A stretch of DNA of 64,000 nucleotides, from positions 147 through 64,146 of the forward strand of contig NZ_JANJTL010000139.1 of the NCBI RefSeq assembly GCF_024711105.1, given 5' to 3'. Below, one piece after another: positions 44,110 to 52,698 of the stretch. This DNA is from Brevundimonas sp. Its GTDB lineage: Bacteria; Pseudomonadota; Alphaproteobacteria; Caulobacterales; Caulobacteraceae. The notes under the pieces were generated by a model. It did no database searches. It saw only the letters and a list, made by a program, of their open reading frames with translations, and had not been told where the DNA came from. Position 1 is the first letter of the stretch, and each line of letters starts with the position of its first letter. The position numbers and the translations under genes are program-made.

Positions 44110-45591
44110 ATGGCGTATCGGGGCCACCCAGGCGTATACGAATCGGCCGGATCGGCCCGGCTCGGATGGGGCGCGCGCCCGCGTTACGGCCTCGACGACA
44201 TGGCGACCCTGCTGTGGCGCGAGCGGCTGATGATCATCATCGTCTTCGCCGTCATTTTCGCCGTCGGCGCGCTGATCGCCCTCGGCATGCCCAAGACCTA
44301 CACGGCCTATTCCAGCGTCCTGGTCCAGCTGTCCCAGGACTATGTCTATGAACCGCGCGCCGGTGACGCGGCGCGGGGCGCGATCCCGGACACCACCGAC
44401 GTGGTCCAGGCCGAGGCGGCTATCCTGGGCAGCGCGGCGCTGCACCAGCGGGTGGTCAGCCAGATGGGCGCCGAGGCCATCCTCGGCGACAACGCCAGAG
44501 GCTCGCAGCAGGATCAGGACCGCGCGGCCGCCCTGGCGCTCGGCCGCAACCTGGAGATCGGCACGGCGCCCGACACCGGCGTGGTGCAACTGTCCTACGA
44601 GCACGAGGACCCGCAGACGGCCGCCGCCGTCCTGAACCAGGTCGTCGCGACCTATCTCGATTATCGGCGCGAGGTGTTCCGCGACACGACCACGCCGCTG
44701 CTGGCCCAGCAGCGCGACGCGATCGAGCGGCAGTTGGATAGCGCCGACGCGGCTTACGAAGACTTTCTGGCCAATAACGACATTGGCGACTTCGCCACCG
44801 AACGCGGCGCGGTGCAGGCGTCCTATACCAGCGTCTTCAACGAGCGCCTGTCGATCGAAGCCCAGCTGCGGTCGGCCGACGGCCGGCTGGCCACGCTGCG
44901 CCAGCAGATGGAGGCCGTCCCGGCGGAGGTCCCGCTTTACCAGGACCTGAACCTGTCCGCGCAGGAACGGCTGCTGACCTTGCGGTCCGACCGGGAGGCG
45001 CTACTCGGCCGCTACCAGCCGGACGCCCAGCCGGTGCGCGACCTCGACGCGCAGATCGCGCAGCTGGAATCCTTCGTGAGCGGCGGCTCGGCGTCGGGCG
45101 TGCGCGAAATGCGGATGGGCCCCAATCCCGTCTGGCAGGAACTTGAGATGGATCGCGTGCGCGCCCAGGCCGAGCGGGATTCGCTGGCGGCGAGGCACGC
45201 GGCCCTGACGCGCCAACTCGACACCCTTAATGATCGGCAGGCGCAGCTGACCCAGCTTGAGTCTCGCAACGGCGCCTTGGCCGTCGAGCGCGAGGTTTTG
45301 TCGAACACCTACCGTGATTTCACCTCCCGCCAGGCCCAGTCCAGCGCCTCGGCCGATCTGGCGCGCCGCGGCGCCGACAGCATCCGGGTCATTGCGCCGG
45401 CGGAGCCGCCGCAGCGCGGCTCCAGCCTGAAGCGGCCGGTGCTGATACTGGCTTTCCTGTTCGCGGCCTTCACTGCGCTTTGCGCGGGGCTGATCCGGGT
45501 GTTCCTGGGTCGGCGGTTCGTTACGGCGGGCTCAGCGTCCCGGACGCTCGATCTTCCCGTGCTGGCCGTCGCTCCGGCGAAGGGGAGGTGA
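44110..45591 (+). CDS. hfsA: GumC/Wzz-type polysaccharide co-polymerase (HfsA-like)
   Basis: N-terminal TM, long coiled-coil periplasmic region, C-terminal TM, no kinase domain. An alternative start lies at ATG 44200. Confidence 0.7.
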   Translation: MAYRGHPGVYESAGSARLGWGARPRYGLDDMATLLWRERLMIIIVFAVIFAVGALIALGMPKTYTAYSSVLVQLSQDYVYEPRAGDAARGAIPDTTDVVQAEAAILGSAALHQRVVSQMGAEAILGDNARGSQQDQDRAAALALGRNLEIGTAPDTGVVQLSYEHEDPQTAAAVLNQVVATYLDYRREVFRDTTTPLLAQQRDAIERQLDSADAAYEDFLANNDIGDFATERGAVQASYTSVFNERLSIEAQLRSADGRLATLRQQMEAVPAEVPLYQDLNLSAQERLLTLRSDREALLGRYQPDAQPVRDLDAQIAQLESFVSGGSASGVREMRMGPNPVWQELEMDRVRAQAERDSLAARHAALTRQLDTLNDRQAQLTQLESRNGALAVEREVLSNTYRDFTSRQAQSSASADLARRGADSIRVIAPAEPPQRGSSLKRPVLILAFLFAAFTALCAGLIRVFLGRRFVTAGSASRTLDLPVLAVAPAKGR

Positions 45592-45644
45592 GGCCGTAAC
45601 ATGTTAGCCTCGCGCGAGTATCAGGCGCGGACCGCGATTCGTTC

Positions 45645-46346
45645 ATGGTGGATCTGACCGGCGAGATGGCGGCCCTGTGGGCGGCCCTGGGGCCCGCCCG
45701 GCCGGACCGGGGGCGGGTGATTCAGTTCATCTCAGCCACATCGGGAGAGGGGACGTCCACGGTCGCTCGAGAATTCGCGCGCCTGTCGGCCGTGCGGGCG
45801 CGAAAGCCTGTCTGGCTGATCGACGCGGACTTGACCTCGCAGAGCCAGCAGGACGCCGTCGCCGCCGATCCGAACCGCTACGGGGCGCTCGGCAGGCCGG
45901 CCGCCGCCTCGCCGAACGGATCCTGCTTCTTCACGGTGCAGCCTCCCATGCGGAGCCGCGACGGCGCTCCGGTCGCGGACGCGCGCCTGCTTAGCGCGCG
46001 GCCCTGCCTGGGACGGCGGCTGTGGGTCAGCCGCTTCCGGGCGGAGGTGCTGAGGGCCGGCCAGCGGGCATTGCCCATGCCGCGCGGCGCCTACTGGGAC
46101 GCCATGCGCCGGCACGCCGAAGCGGTGATCATCGACAGCCCTTCGGCGGACAGGTCGGACCTTGGGCTGGCGCTCGGGCCCTTCGCAGACGCCGTGGTTC
46201 TGGTGGTGGCGGCGGAAGCTGCGGACGCCGGCGCCACAGCCGCTCTGAAGGACGAGCTGGCGAGCGCGGGGGCGCGCTGCGCTGGGCTGGTCTTCAATCG
46301 CTCCGAGGCCGAGCCGCCGAAGTTCCTCAGGCGGCTGACGGGCTGA
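45645..46346 (+). CDS. hfsB: MinD/ParA-fold BY-kinase-like protein with a degenerate Walker A (HfsB-like)
   Basis: Walker A-like ISATSGEGTST, Walker A'-like VWLIDADLT and Walker B-like AVIIDSPS. There is no C-terminal Tyr cluster. Confidence 0.5.
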   Translation: MVDLTGEMAALWAALGPARPDRGRVIQFISATSGEGTSTVAREFARLSAVRARKPVWLIDADLTSQSQQDAVAADPNRYGALGRPAAASPNGSCFFTVQPPMRSRDGAPVADARLLSARPCLGRRLWVSRFRAEVLRAGQRALPMPRGAYWDAMRRHAEAVIIDSPSADRSDLGLALGPFADAVVLVVAAEAADAGATAALKDELASAGARCAGLVFNRSEAEPPKFLRRLTG

Positions 46347-47277
46347 CCATGCCGGCCTGGCGGGCGCGCTGGAGTTCAGCCGCGCCGTAAAATTCCGGCA
46401 CGAACGGTTTCATCCAGAACAGCTTTCCCAGGCCGCGAACCGCGCGGTCGGTCCAATCGGCGCGCGACGGCCGGCGCAGAATCCAATGCGCCGCGGCGAC
46501 CGCGCCAAAGACCACCGCCTGGCCGGCTCCGACACACATCCAGAACAGCAGCGATCCCCAGTTCCGCTCCTCGGCCGCCTTCTGGCTCGGGCTCTGACCG
46601 TAGGCGAAAGCGCGCCGGAGTGCATAGGCGAGGGTCGCGCGGTGGGCCGGCGCGGCTTCCTCGACCCAGGCGTTCGCGGCCCAGCCCCAGCGGACGCCCT
46701 GACGGGCAAGCTGCTGGAAGAGAAGGTCGTCCTCTCCGCCCGAAGCGTCCGCCGAGGTGTCGAAGGGGCGGCCGCCCTTGAGCGTGGTCGCGCGAGCGAA
46801 CAGGGCGTTGCCGCAGCCGTAGGGCTCATCGATGAGGCGGTCCGCTTCAGGGCCGGAGCGGCTGAAGAAGCGTTCCAGATAGGCGCGGGTCCAGGCGCTG
46901 GCGTCCGGCGCGCGGCCTTGGATGGGTCCGAACACGACATCGGCGCCGAGCGCCGCGCGGGCGGACAGGAGGGCCTGAAGCCACTCGGGACTGGCCACCT
47001 CATCATCGTCGAGGAAGGCGATCAGTTCGGCTTCGGTGGCGGCCAGTGCGGTGTTGCGCGCTGTCGCGACGCCGGGGCGAGGGGCGTGGGCATAAATCAG
47101 GGCGACGGGTGCGCCGGGCCTGAGCGTGTCGAGCACGGGGCGGGCCGAACCGTCTGGATCGTTGTCCGCCACAACGATGCTCGCGGGCAGAACCGTTTGG
47201 GCGAACACCGAGCGGATCGCCCGTTCGAGTTCGACGGGACGGCGCAGGGTGGGGATGACGACCGCGACCTGGCTCAC
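46327..47277 (-). CDS. Family 2 glycosyltransferase
   Basis: GTG start overlaps the deacetylase stop. Contains VAVVIPTLRRP, AFLDDDE and GEDD, plus C-terminal TM segments. Confidence 0.8.
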   Translation of the reverse strand: MSQVAVVIPTLRRPVELERAIRSVFAQTVLPASIVVADNDPDGSARPVLDTLRPGAPVALIYAHAPRPGVATARNTALAATEAELIAFLDDDEVASPEWLQALLSARAALGADVVFGPIQGRAPDASAWTRAYLERFFSRSGPEADRLIDEPYGCGNALFARATTLKGGRPFDTSADASGGEDDLLFQQLARQGVRWGWAANAWVEEAAPAHRATLAYALRRAFAYGQSPSQKAAEERNWGSLLFWMCVGAGQAVVFGAVAAAHWILRRPSRADWTDRAVRGLGKLFWMKPFVPEFYGAAELQRARQAGMVSPSAA

Positions 47278-48044
47278 GCCGCTTGCTCGAGCCGCTCGAG
47301 GACGTCGCCGACGGGCGCAACCTGGGCTCCTCCCGCCCTGGCGCGGCGCACCAGCCGCAGCAGGGCGTCGGGCGTGCAGCCCCAGGCCGACGGGCTGGCT
47401 TCGACGTCATGGGTGTAGAGGATCAGCCAGGCGCGCTGGCGGAGCGCGCGGTCGATCCAGGCTTCGGCGCGGGTTTCGCCGACGGGGCCTTCGATACCGA
47501 CGGCAGGCAGCTGGTTGAGGTCTGATCCGCGGCGGACGAGATCCGGGTGCAGCGCTCTTAGCGACGCGAACCGGCCCTGCAGGGCGGCCTTCGCCTGGGG
47601 CGACACGTCGCCGTAGGGATAGGCGAAGCTATGAGTGACAAGGCCCTCCCGGGCGAGAGCCTCGCGATTGAGCGCGACGTCGGAGGCGATCTCGTCACCG
47701 CCCGCCTTGCCGCAATCCAGGTGACTCCAGGTGTGGCAGGCGACCTCGTGGCCGCGTTCCGCCAGGGCGCGATACGCGCCCAGATCGGCGTATTCGCCCA
47801 TTGGTCCGGTTCGGCCGTCCAGGCCGCCACAGACGTAGAAGGTGCCGCGCACGTTCTCGCATTCGAGGACGGCCGCCCCCTGCATCACGGCGCTCCGCGG
47901 CGCGTCGTCGAAGGTGAAGGAGACGATCGGCCGGTCGATGTCAGCGGTCAACGGGCGACGCGAGACTAACCGCGCCCAACGGCGCCGCAGCTTGCCCTTG
48001 AGTGACAGGTCAGGCGTGTAGGCCTCGACAACGGCGGCGCTCAT
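47274..48044 (-). CDS. hfsH: Polysaccharide deacetylase (HfsH-like)
   Basis: ATG 48044 overlaps the upstream stop (ATGA). NodB-type motifs SFTFDDAP and HTWSH. Confidence 0.8.
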   Translation of the reverse strand: MSAAVVEAYTPDLSLKGKLRRRWARLVSRRPLTADIDRPIVSFTFDDAPRSAVMQGAAVLECENVRGTFYVCGGLDGRTGPMGEYADLGAYRALAERGHEVACHTWSHLDCGKAGGDEIASDVALNREALAREGLVTHSFAYPYGDVSPQAKAALQGRFASLRALHPDLVRRGSDLNQLPAVGIEGPVGETRAEAWIDRALRQRAWLILYTHDVEASPSAWGCTPDALLRLVRRARAGGAQVAPVGDVLERLEQAA

Positions 48045-48991
48045 ACCGCCTCCGCATAGAGAGCGGCGCGATAGAGCCGCAGCGAGAAGGCCCGCGCCTT
48101 GACCGGCAGACCCTCGTTCAGGGCCGCTTGCTTCAGCATGGGGCGCCAGTGCGCGATGCCGGGCGTGGCCTTGAGCAGCCGGGCGGCCTTGTAGCTGGGA
48201 TAGGTGCTCACGAAGTCCGGATGCCGACTGACGACGCGGGCGAAGTTGGCGACCGACTGCTCGTACTTGCCGGCCAGCCGCTCGGTGCTTTCCAGGCCGA
48301 GGTGAGTGGCCGGATTGTCGAGGTGGACGACGGGAAAGCGGCGCGCCACGCGCATGGCCCACTCCACATCCTCCCAGCCCCAGCCGGAAAAGCTGTCGTC
48401 GAACGCCTCGCTCTCGAAGACGTCGCGGCGGACCAGAAGGTTGGAGGTGTAGACGTACTTTTCAGGGGATTTCGCGCGCTCGAAGTAAGGCACGCATTCC
48501 GAGCGGAGCGACATGGCCCGGTGCACCGCGAAGGCGCGATCATTGGACGCCTGAAGCAGCGAGAAGCCGCCGAACGCAACGGCGGGGTCCTCGCGGGCGA
48601 CCAGTTGCGCCCAGATGCTGAGGAAGCGGCGATCATCCGGCCGCATGTCGGAATCAAGGAACAGGAAACTGCCACCGCGCGCCGAGGCGGCCAGCCGGTT
48701 GCGGCCCTTCGAGCGGCCTTCGTTCGTCTTCAGGTGGATGAAGCGAGCCGGCGTCCGCGCCGCCAGCACAGCCGAACGGACGCGTTCGGCGAGCGCCTTG
48801 TCGCCTGTCCCGTCGTCCAGGACGACGATCTCCACCGAGCCCTCGAGCGCACGACCGTCCTCATCGAGGGCCTCGATCAGCTCGGTGGGGTCGTCGCGGA
48901 AGAATGGGATCAACACCGACAGGGCCGGCTTCGCGCCCTTCCAGGCGGCGTTGTCGGTCATGGCGCGCGTCTTTCTGGCGGCGGCTCTCAT
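48041..48991 (-). CDS. hfsG: Family 2 glycosyltransferase (HfsG-like)
   Basis: ATG 48991 overlaps the flippase stop (ATGA). Contains LSVLIPFFRDDP, VVLDDGTGD and FLDSDM. Confidence 0.8.
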   Translation of the reverse strand: MRAAARKTRAMTDNAAWKGAKPALSVLIPFFRDDPTELIEALDEDGRALEGSVEIVVLDDGTGDKALAERVRSAVLAARTPARFIHLKTNEGRSKGRNRLAASARGGSFLFLDSDMRPDDRRFLSIWAQLVAREDPAVAFGGFSLLQASNDRAFAVHRAMSLRSECVPYFERAKSPEKYVYTSNLLVRRDVFESEAFDDSFSGWGWEDVEWAMRVARRFPVVHLDNPATHLGLESTERLAGKYEQSVANFARVVSRHPDFVSTYPSYKAARLLKATPGIAHWRPMLKQAALNEGLPVKARAFSLRLYRAALYAEAV

Positions 48992-50436
48992 GCGGCCATC
49001 CTTGCCTGAAGACCCTTTAGAACCCGTGAGCCGTGGCCGCGAACGCCGGCGGCGTCGAGGAGCCATGCGCACAGGCCATACACGGCCGCCCCAACGGTCG
49101 CTTTCGCGGCCAGCTCGGCGAATCCGCCGACCGGCGGCACGAGGAGAACGGCGCCGGTCATGACCAAGGTGGCGGCCGCGCAACGGCCAAGCGCGCTCCA
49201 GGGCACCGGCAGGGCGATGGCGCGCCGGCCGAGGATCATGGAGGCTAGAAGACCGACCCCGAAACTGAGCGCCGTCGCCAGCGCCGCGCCTGTGACGCCC
49301 AGGATGGGAATGAGGATCAGGTTGAGGACAACGTTGGCCAGCGCCGGCACGGCCATGGCCGCCAGCAGAAGCACGGTGCGCCGCCCGAGCGTGAAGGCTT
49401 GATGGAAATAATAGGTCGTCATGCCCGCCAGCAGAGCAGACAGGGCGATCAGCGGCGTGATCGCCGCCGCGTCTTCGCGCAGGGCCTCGCCGATAACGAG
49501 ATGCGCTAGGGGGTTCGCCACCAGCGCCAGGCCGGCGGCGGCCGGCAGGGCGATTAGCAGGAAGGTTGCGCCTTGTTCGCGAGCGGCGTCCTGCAGAGCG
49601 GGCCTGCCGCCGCGCTCCAGCGCCATGACCAGGGCCGGGCCTCCGGCGGCGCCGAGCCAGATGAAGATGACGTCGAGCGTCCGGTTCGCAAGACTGTAGC
49701 CGGCGTGATAGGCGCCGACCGCCGCCTCGTCGAGGAAGGCGGCAAGAAGCAGGCGGTCCGTCGAACTCAGAACGAGGGCCAGGATCAGGGACGCCGCGAT
49801 CGGATAGCCGTAGGTCGCATAGTCCCGCGCCCGCTGTCGCTCGTAGACGCCGCCCAGGCCCTTGCGGGCCTCCAGCGGGCCGAAGATCAGGGCGGCGATG
49901 AAGGGCGCGATCGCCAGGCCGATCAGCGGGGCCGCGCCACCGAGGCCCATCAGCGCGGCGATGAGGCCGACGACAAAGCCTCCGATCGTCACCGCCATGT
50001 CGAGCCCGGCTGCGGCCGCCACGGCGCCCTCGGCGCGCTGGCGCTCCTGGAGCATGCGGAAGGCGCACCGGACGGGCACGCCCAGCAGGCCGACCCCGAT
50101 GGCGACCTTGAGCGGCGTCTCCAGCGGCCAGAGCCACAGCCCGAGACCGGCGACGGGAAGGAAGACCAGGCAGAGCAGGGCGAAGGCGCGGTAGAGCGTC
50201 GCGAAGTGCCGGGCCATGGCCTCGGGCCCTTCCTGCGCCGCCCAGAAACGGGCCATGGCCGCCTCCAGCCAGGTGAAGACGGCCACATGGGCGATGCTCA
50301 TCACCGAGAAGGCTAGCGCATAGCGGCCGAAGTCCTCCGCGCTCAGCAGGCGGGTGAAGACGAGCAGCGTCAGGACGCCGACCACGCCCTGCACGATATT
50401 GGCCGGCAGGTAGCCGAGCAGGCCGCGCCAGAACAT
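48988..50436 (-). CDS. hfsF: Wzx-type oligosaccharide flippase (HfsF-like)
   Basis: 482 aa, about 12-14 TM. N-terminus is of the polysaccharide biosynthesis protein family (LLGYLPANIVQGVVGVLTLLVFTRLLS). Confidence 0.8.
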   Translation of the reverse strand: MFWRGLLGYLPANIVQGVVGVLTLLVFTRLLSAEDFGRYALAFSVMSIAHVAVFTWLEAAMARFWAAQEGPEAMARHFATLYRAFALLCLVFLPVAGLGLWLWPLETPLKVAIGVGLLGVPVRCAFRMLQERQRAEGAVAAAAGLDMAVTIGGFVVGLIAALMGLGGAAPLIGLAIAPFIAALIFGPLEARKGLGGVYERQRARDYATYGYPIAASLILALVLSSTDRLLLAAFLDEAAVGAYHAGYSLANRTLDVIFIWLGAAGGPALVMALERGGRPALQDAAREQGATFLLIALPAAAGLALVANPLAHLVIGEALREDAAAITPLIALSALLAGMTTYYFHQAFTLGRRTVLLLAAMAVPALANVVLNLILIPILGVTGAALATALSFGVGLLASMILGRRAIALPVPWSALGRCAAATLVMTGAVLLVPPVGGFAELAAKATVGAAVYGLCAWLLDAAGVRGHGSRVLKGLQARMAA

Positions 50437-50439
50437 GGC

Positions 50440-51966
50440 TCAGCGCACCGCCGAGCGGTCGCCGAGCAGCACCGGCGCGGTGACCAGGATGATCCAGATA
50501 TCGAGCCAGAAGGACTGACGCTCGATGTAGTCGACGTCCAGCTGCACGCGGCGGCGCACGTCGGCGGCGGTATGCAGCGGCCCGCGCGACCCCTTGATCG
50601 CGGCCCAGCCGGTCATGCCGGGCTTCATGCGATGGCGGTGGGCGTATTCGGCGACGAGGCGGGCGGACTCGGTCTCGCCGGTCTTCATGCCGACCGCGTG
50701 GGGGCGGGGACCGACCAGGGACATCTCACCCCGGACCACGTTCAGCAGCTGAGGCAGCTCGTCGATGCTCGTCTTGCGCAGGAAACGGCCAAGCCGGGTA
50801 ATGCGGTCATCGTCGGCGGTGACCTGGCGCGAGGCGGTCGCGTCGGCGGCCTCGTGGCGCATGGTCCGGAATTTCCAGACGAGGATTTCCTCGTTGTTGA
50901 AGCCGTGGCGGCGCTGGCGGAAGAAGATGGGGCCAGGGCTGTCCAGCTTCACCAGCAGGGCGACCATCGCCATCATTGGCGCCAGGCCGATCAACAGCAG
51001 GCCGCCGGCGAGAAGGTCCTGCATCCGCTTGGCGAAGGCGCGCCGGTCGGGATCGGGGGGGCCGCCGACGGGCGCCAGCGGCGCCTCGGCCAGGCGCGCC
51101 AGGGCTTCGTCACGGCCCGCCTGATCGTCCTGGTCGACGATCAGCGACACCTCATTGGGAAGGATGGCGAGCCGCTTGGTGATCTCGGCCACGCGCTGGC
51201 GCGCGGCCGGATCGACGGCGACGACGATGCGGTCGAGGTAGGGGGCGATCTTGTGGCTCAGCAGGCTGTCGAGGTCGCCCAGCACCGGCACGCCGGCCAC
51301 GGTCTCGGGCGCCCGGCCGAGGCGGTCGTCGAAGACCCCGAGGACATTGATGTCTCGCCGCTTGAGCGCGTCCTTGATGAGGCGTTCGGCATGCTTGGTC
51401 GCGCCCACGATGGCGATCGACGGCGTCAGGCGGCCCTGGGCGCGCCACTCGCGCACCATGCGCCACCAGAGCAGGTGCAGGCAGGAGGTGATGAGGGCGC
51501 CGGCAACGGCCCAGATGGCGATCTCGGGGAGCGCCGAGGCATGGCCGGTCATCGTGGCAACGGCGGCGGCCAGGCCCCCGGCCAGGCCGAACGCGCCCCA
51601 GAGCTTGGCAAGATGAACGACGACCCGTTCGCCCCTGCCGAAGCGATAGAGTTCCGTGGTGCGCATCAGGCTCAAGGCGGCCCAAGCCCCGATCGCCACT
51701 GGCAGGATCTGGCCGGTGGGCGCGGCCAGGGGCGCGCCGTCGATGGCCAGGGCCAGCATCAGCGTCCAGCCGGTGACCGCGAGCAGGTCCAGGGCTCGGA
51801 AGTAGAAGGACGACAGCCGCTCGGTCTGCCGCTCGCGCGCGGTGACGAGCCGCTCTGGCCGGAAGGGCCCGCGGCGCGTGTGCGGGTCGGATTCGGACGC
51901 GCCGGTGCGGCCGGCGTCGGCATCGCCGGCCACGGGCTCGAATTCGGCGTCCTTGAGGGCGAGCAT
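50440..51966 (-). CDS. hfsE: Polyprenyl-phosphate hexose-1-phosphate transferase (WbaP/HfsE-like initiating enzyme)
   Basis: ATG 51966; the track start at 52098 would overlap tRNA-Ser. C-terminal sugar transferase domain FFRQRRHGFNNEEILVWKFRTM and PGMTGWAAI. Confidence 0.85.
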   Translation of the reverse strand: MLALKDAEFEPVAGDADAGRTGASESDPHTRRGPFRPERLVTARERQTERLSSFYFRALDLLAVTGWTLMLALAIDGAPLAAPTGQILPVAIGAWAALSLMRTTELYRFGRGERVVVHLAKLWGAFGLAGGLAAAVATMTGHASALPEIAIWAVAGALITSCLHLLWWRMVREWRAQGRLTPSIAIVGATKHAERLIKDALKRRDINVLGVFDDRLGRAPETVAGVPVLGDLDSLLSHKIAPYLDRIVVAVDPAARQRVAEITKRLAILPNEVSLIVDQDDQAGRDEALARLAEAPLAPVGGPPDPDRRAFAKRMQDLLAGGLLLIGLAPMMAMVALLVKLDSPGPIFFRQRRHGFNNEEILVWKFRTMRHEAADATASRQVTADDDRITRLGRFLRKTSIDELPQLLNVVRGEMSLVGPRPHAVGMKTGETESARLVAEYAHRHRMKPGMTGWAAIKGSRGPLHTAADVRRRVQLDVDYIERQSFWLDIWIILVTAPVLLGDRSAVR

Positions 51967-52070
51967 CGTGTCCGGATATGCGCACGGCCCCGTGGACTTC
52001 GCGTTAACGCCGGTCTGTGGGTGGTTCCGCTTGCGGAAGCCCGCGCCATTGGTTAGCTGACCGCCCTGCC

Positions 52071-52162
52071 GGAGACGTGGCCGAGTGGCTGAAGGCAACG
52101 GTTTGCTAAATCGTCATACCGGGTAACCGGTATCGAGGGTTCGAATCCCTCCGTCTCCGCCA
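52071..52162 (+). tRNA. tRNA-Ser (anticodon GCU)
   Basis: Acceptor GGAGACG/CGTCTCC, anticodon loop TTGCTAA, long variable arm, T-loop GGTTCGAATCC, encoded CCA. Confidence 0.95.
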
Positions 52163-52169
52163 GTTCCCC

Positions 52170-52532
52170 TTAGAGAACCGCATCTTCCGTCGCTGCCGGC
52201 AGCTGGCGGGCGCCGAGGAGGGCGGTCAGAAGCCACACGGCGGACCAGAGCAGCCAGACCACGCCGGCTTCCAGCACCGGCGTATCGGTCACGACCGCCT
52301 GCTGAACCTGTCCCACGAAGCCTACGACGGCCGCTGACAGGGCGGTCAACAGCAACACGCGCCGGGACCAGGGCCGAACCAGGATCAGGGCGATCGCCCC
52401 GCAAACGAGGAGGGCCGAGGCGCCGAACCACAGGCCCTGACGCGAGTTCAGCGCCAGGATCAGAATGAACGCAGCAAATGCGAGCAGCACAGAGCCCGCG
52501 ATCCGGGGAGTGAGGTGCGATATCCGTGACAT
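52170..52532 (-). CDS. Hypothetical 4-TM membrane protein
   Basis: 120 aa, strongly hydrophobic. I recognise no family. Confidence 0.45.
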   Translation of the reverse strand: MSRISHLTPRIAGSVLLAFAAFILILALNSRQGLWFGASALLVCGAIALILVRPWSRRVLLLTALSAAVVGFVGQVQQAVVTDTPVLEAGVVWLLWSAVWLLTALLGARQLPAATEDAVL

Positions 52533-52610
52533 CTCTCAATCCAGTTTCCAGGGACGCCCGCCTCCACCCTGGGCCGCACGTCTGAAGCAAAGCTGAAGGA
52601 ACGGCGGTCC

Positions 52611-52635
52611 GGAACACGGCCAAGGTTCATCCGTT
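52611..52635 (+). promoter_or_regulatory. EcfG/sigmaT-type general stress promoter (GGAAC-N16-CGTT) upstream of egtB
   Basis: GGAAC at 52611-52615 and CGTT at 52632-52635, 64 nt upstream of GTG 52699. Confidence 0.55.
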
Positions 52636-52698
52636 TTCGACGTGGGCGCGTAGCTGTCGTAAGGATGGCTTATAGGCGACCGACTGGCAGGAGGATGC

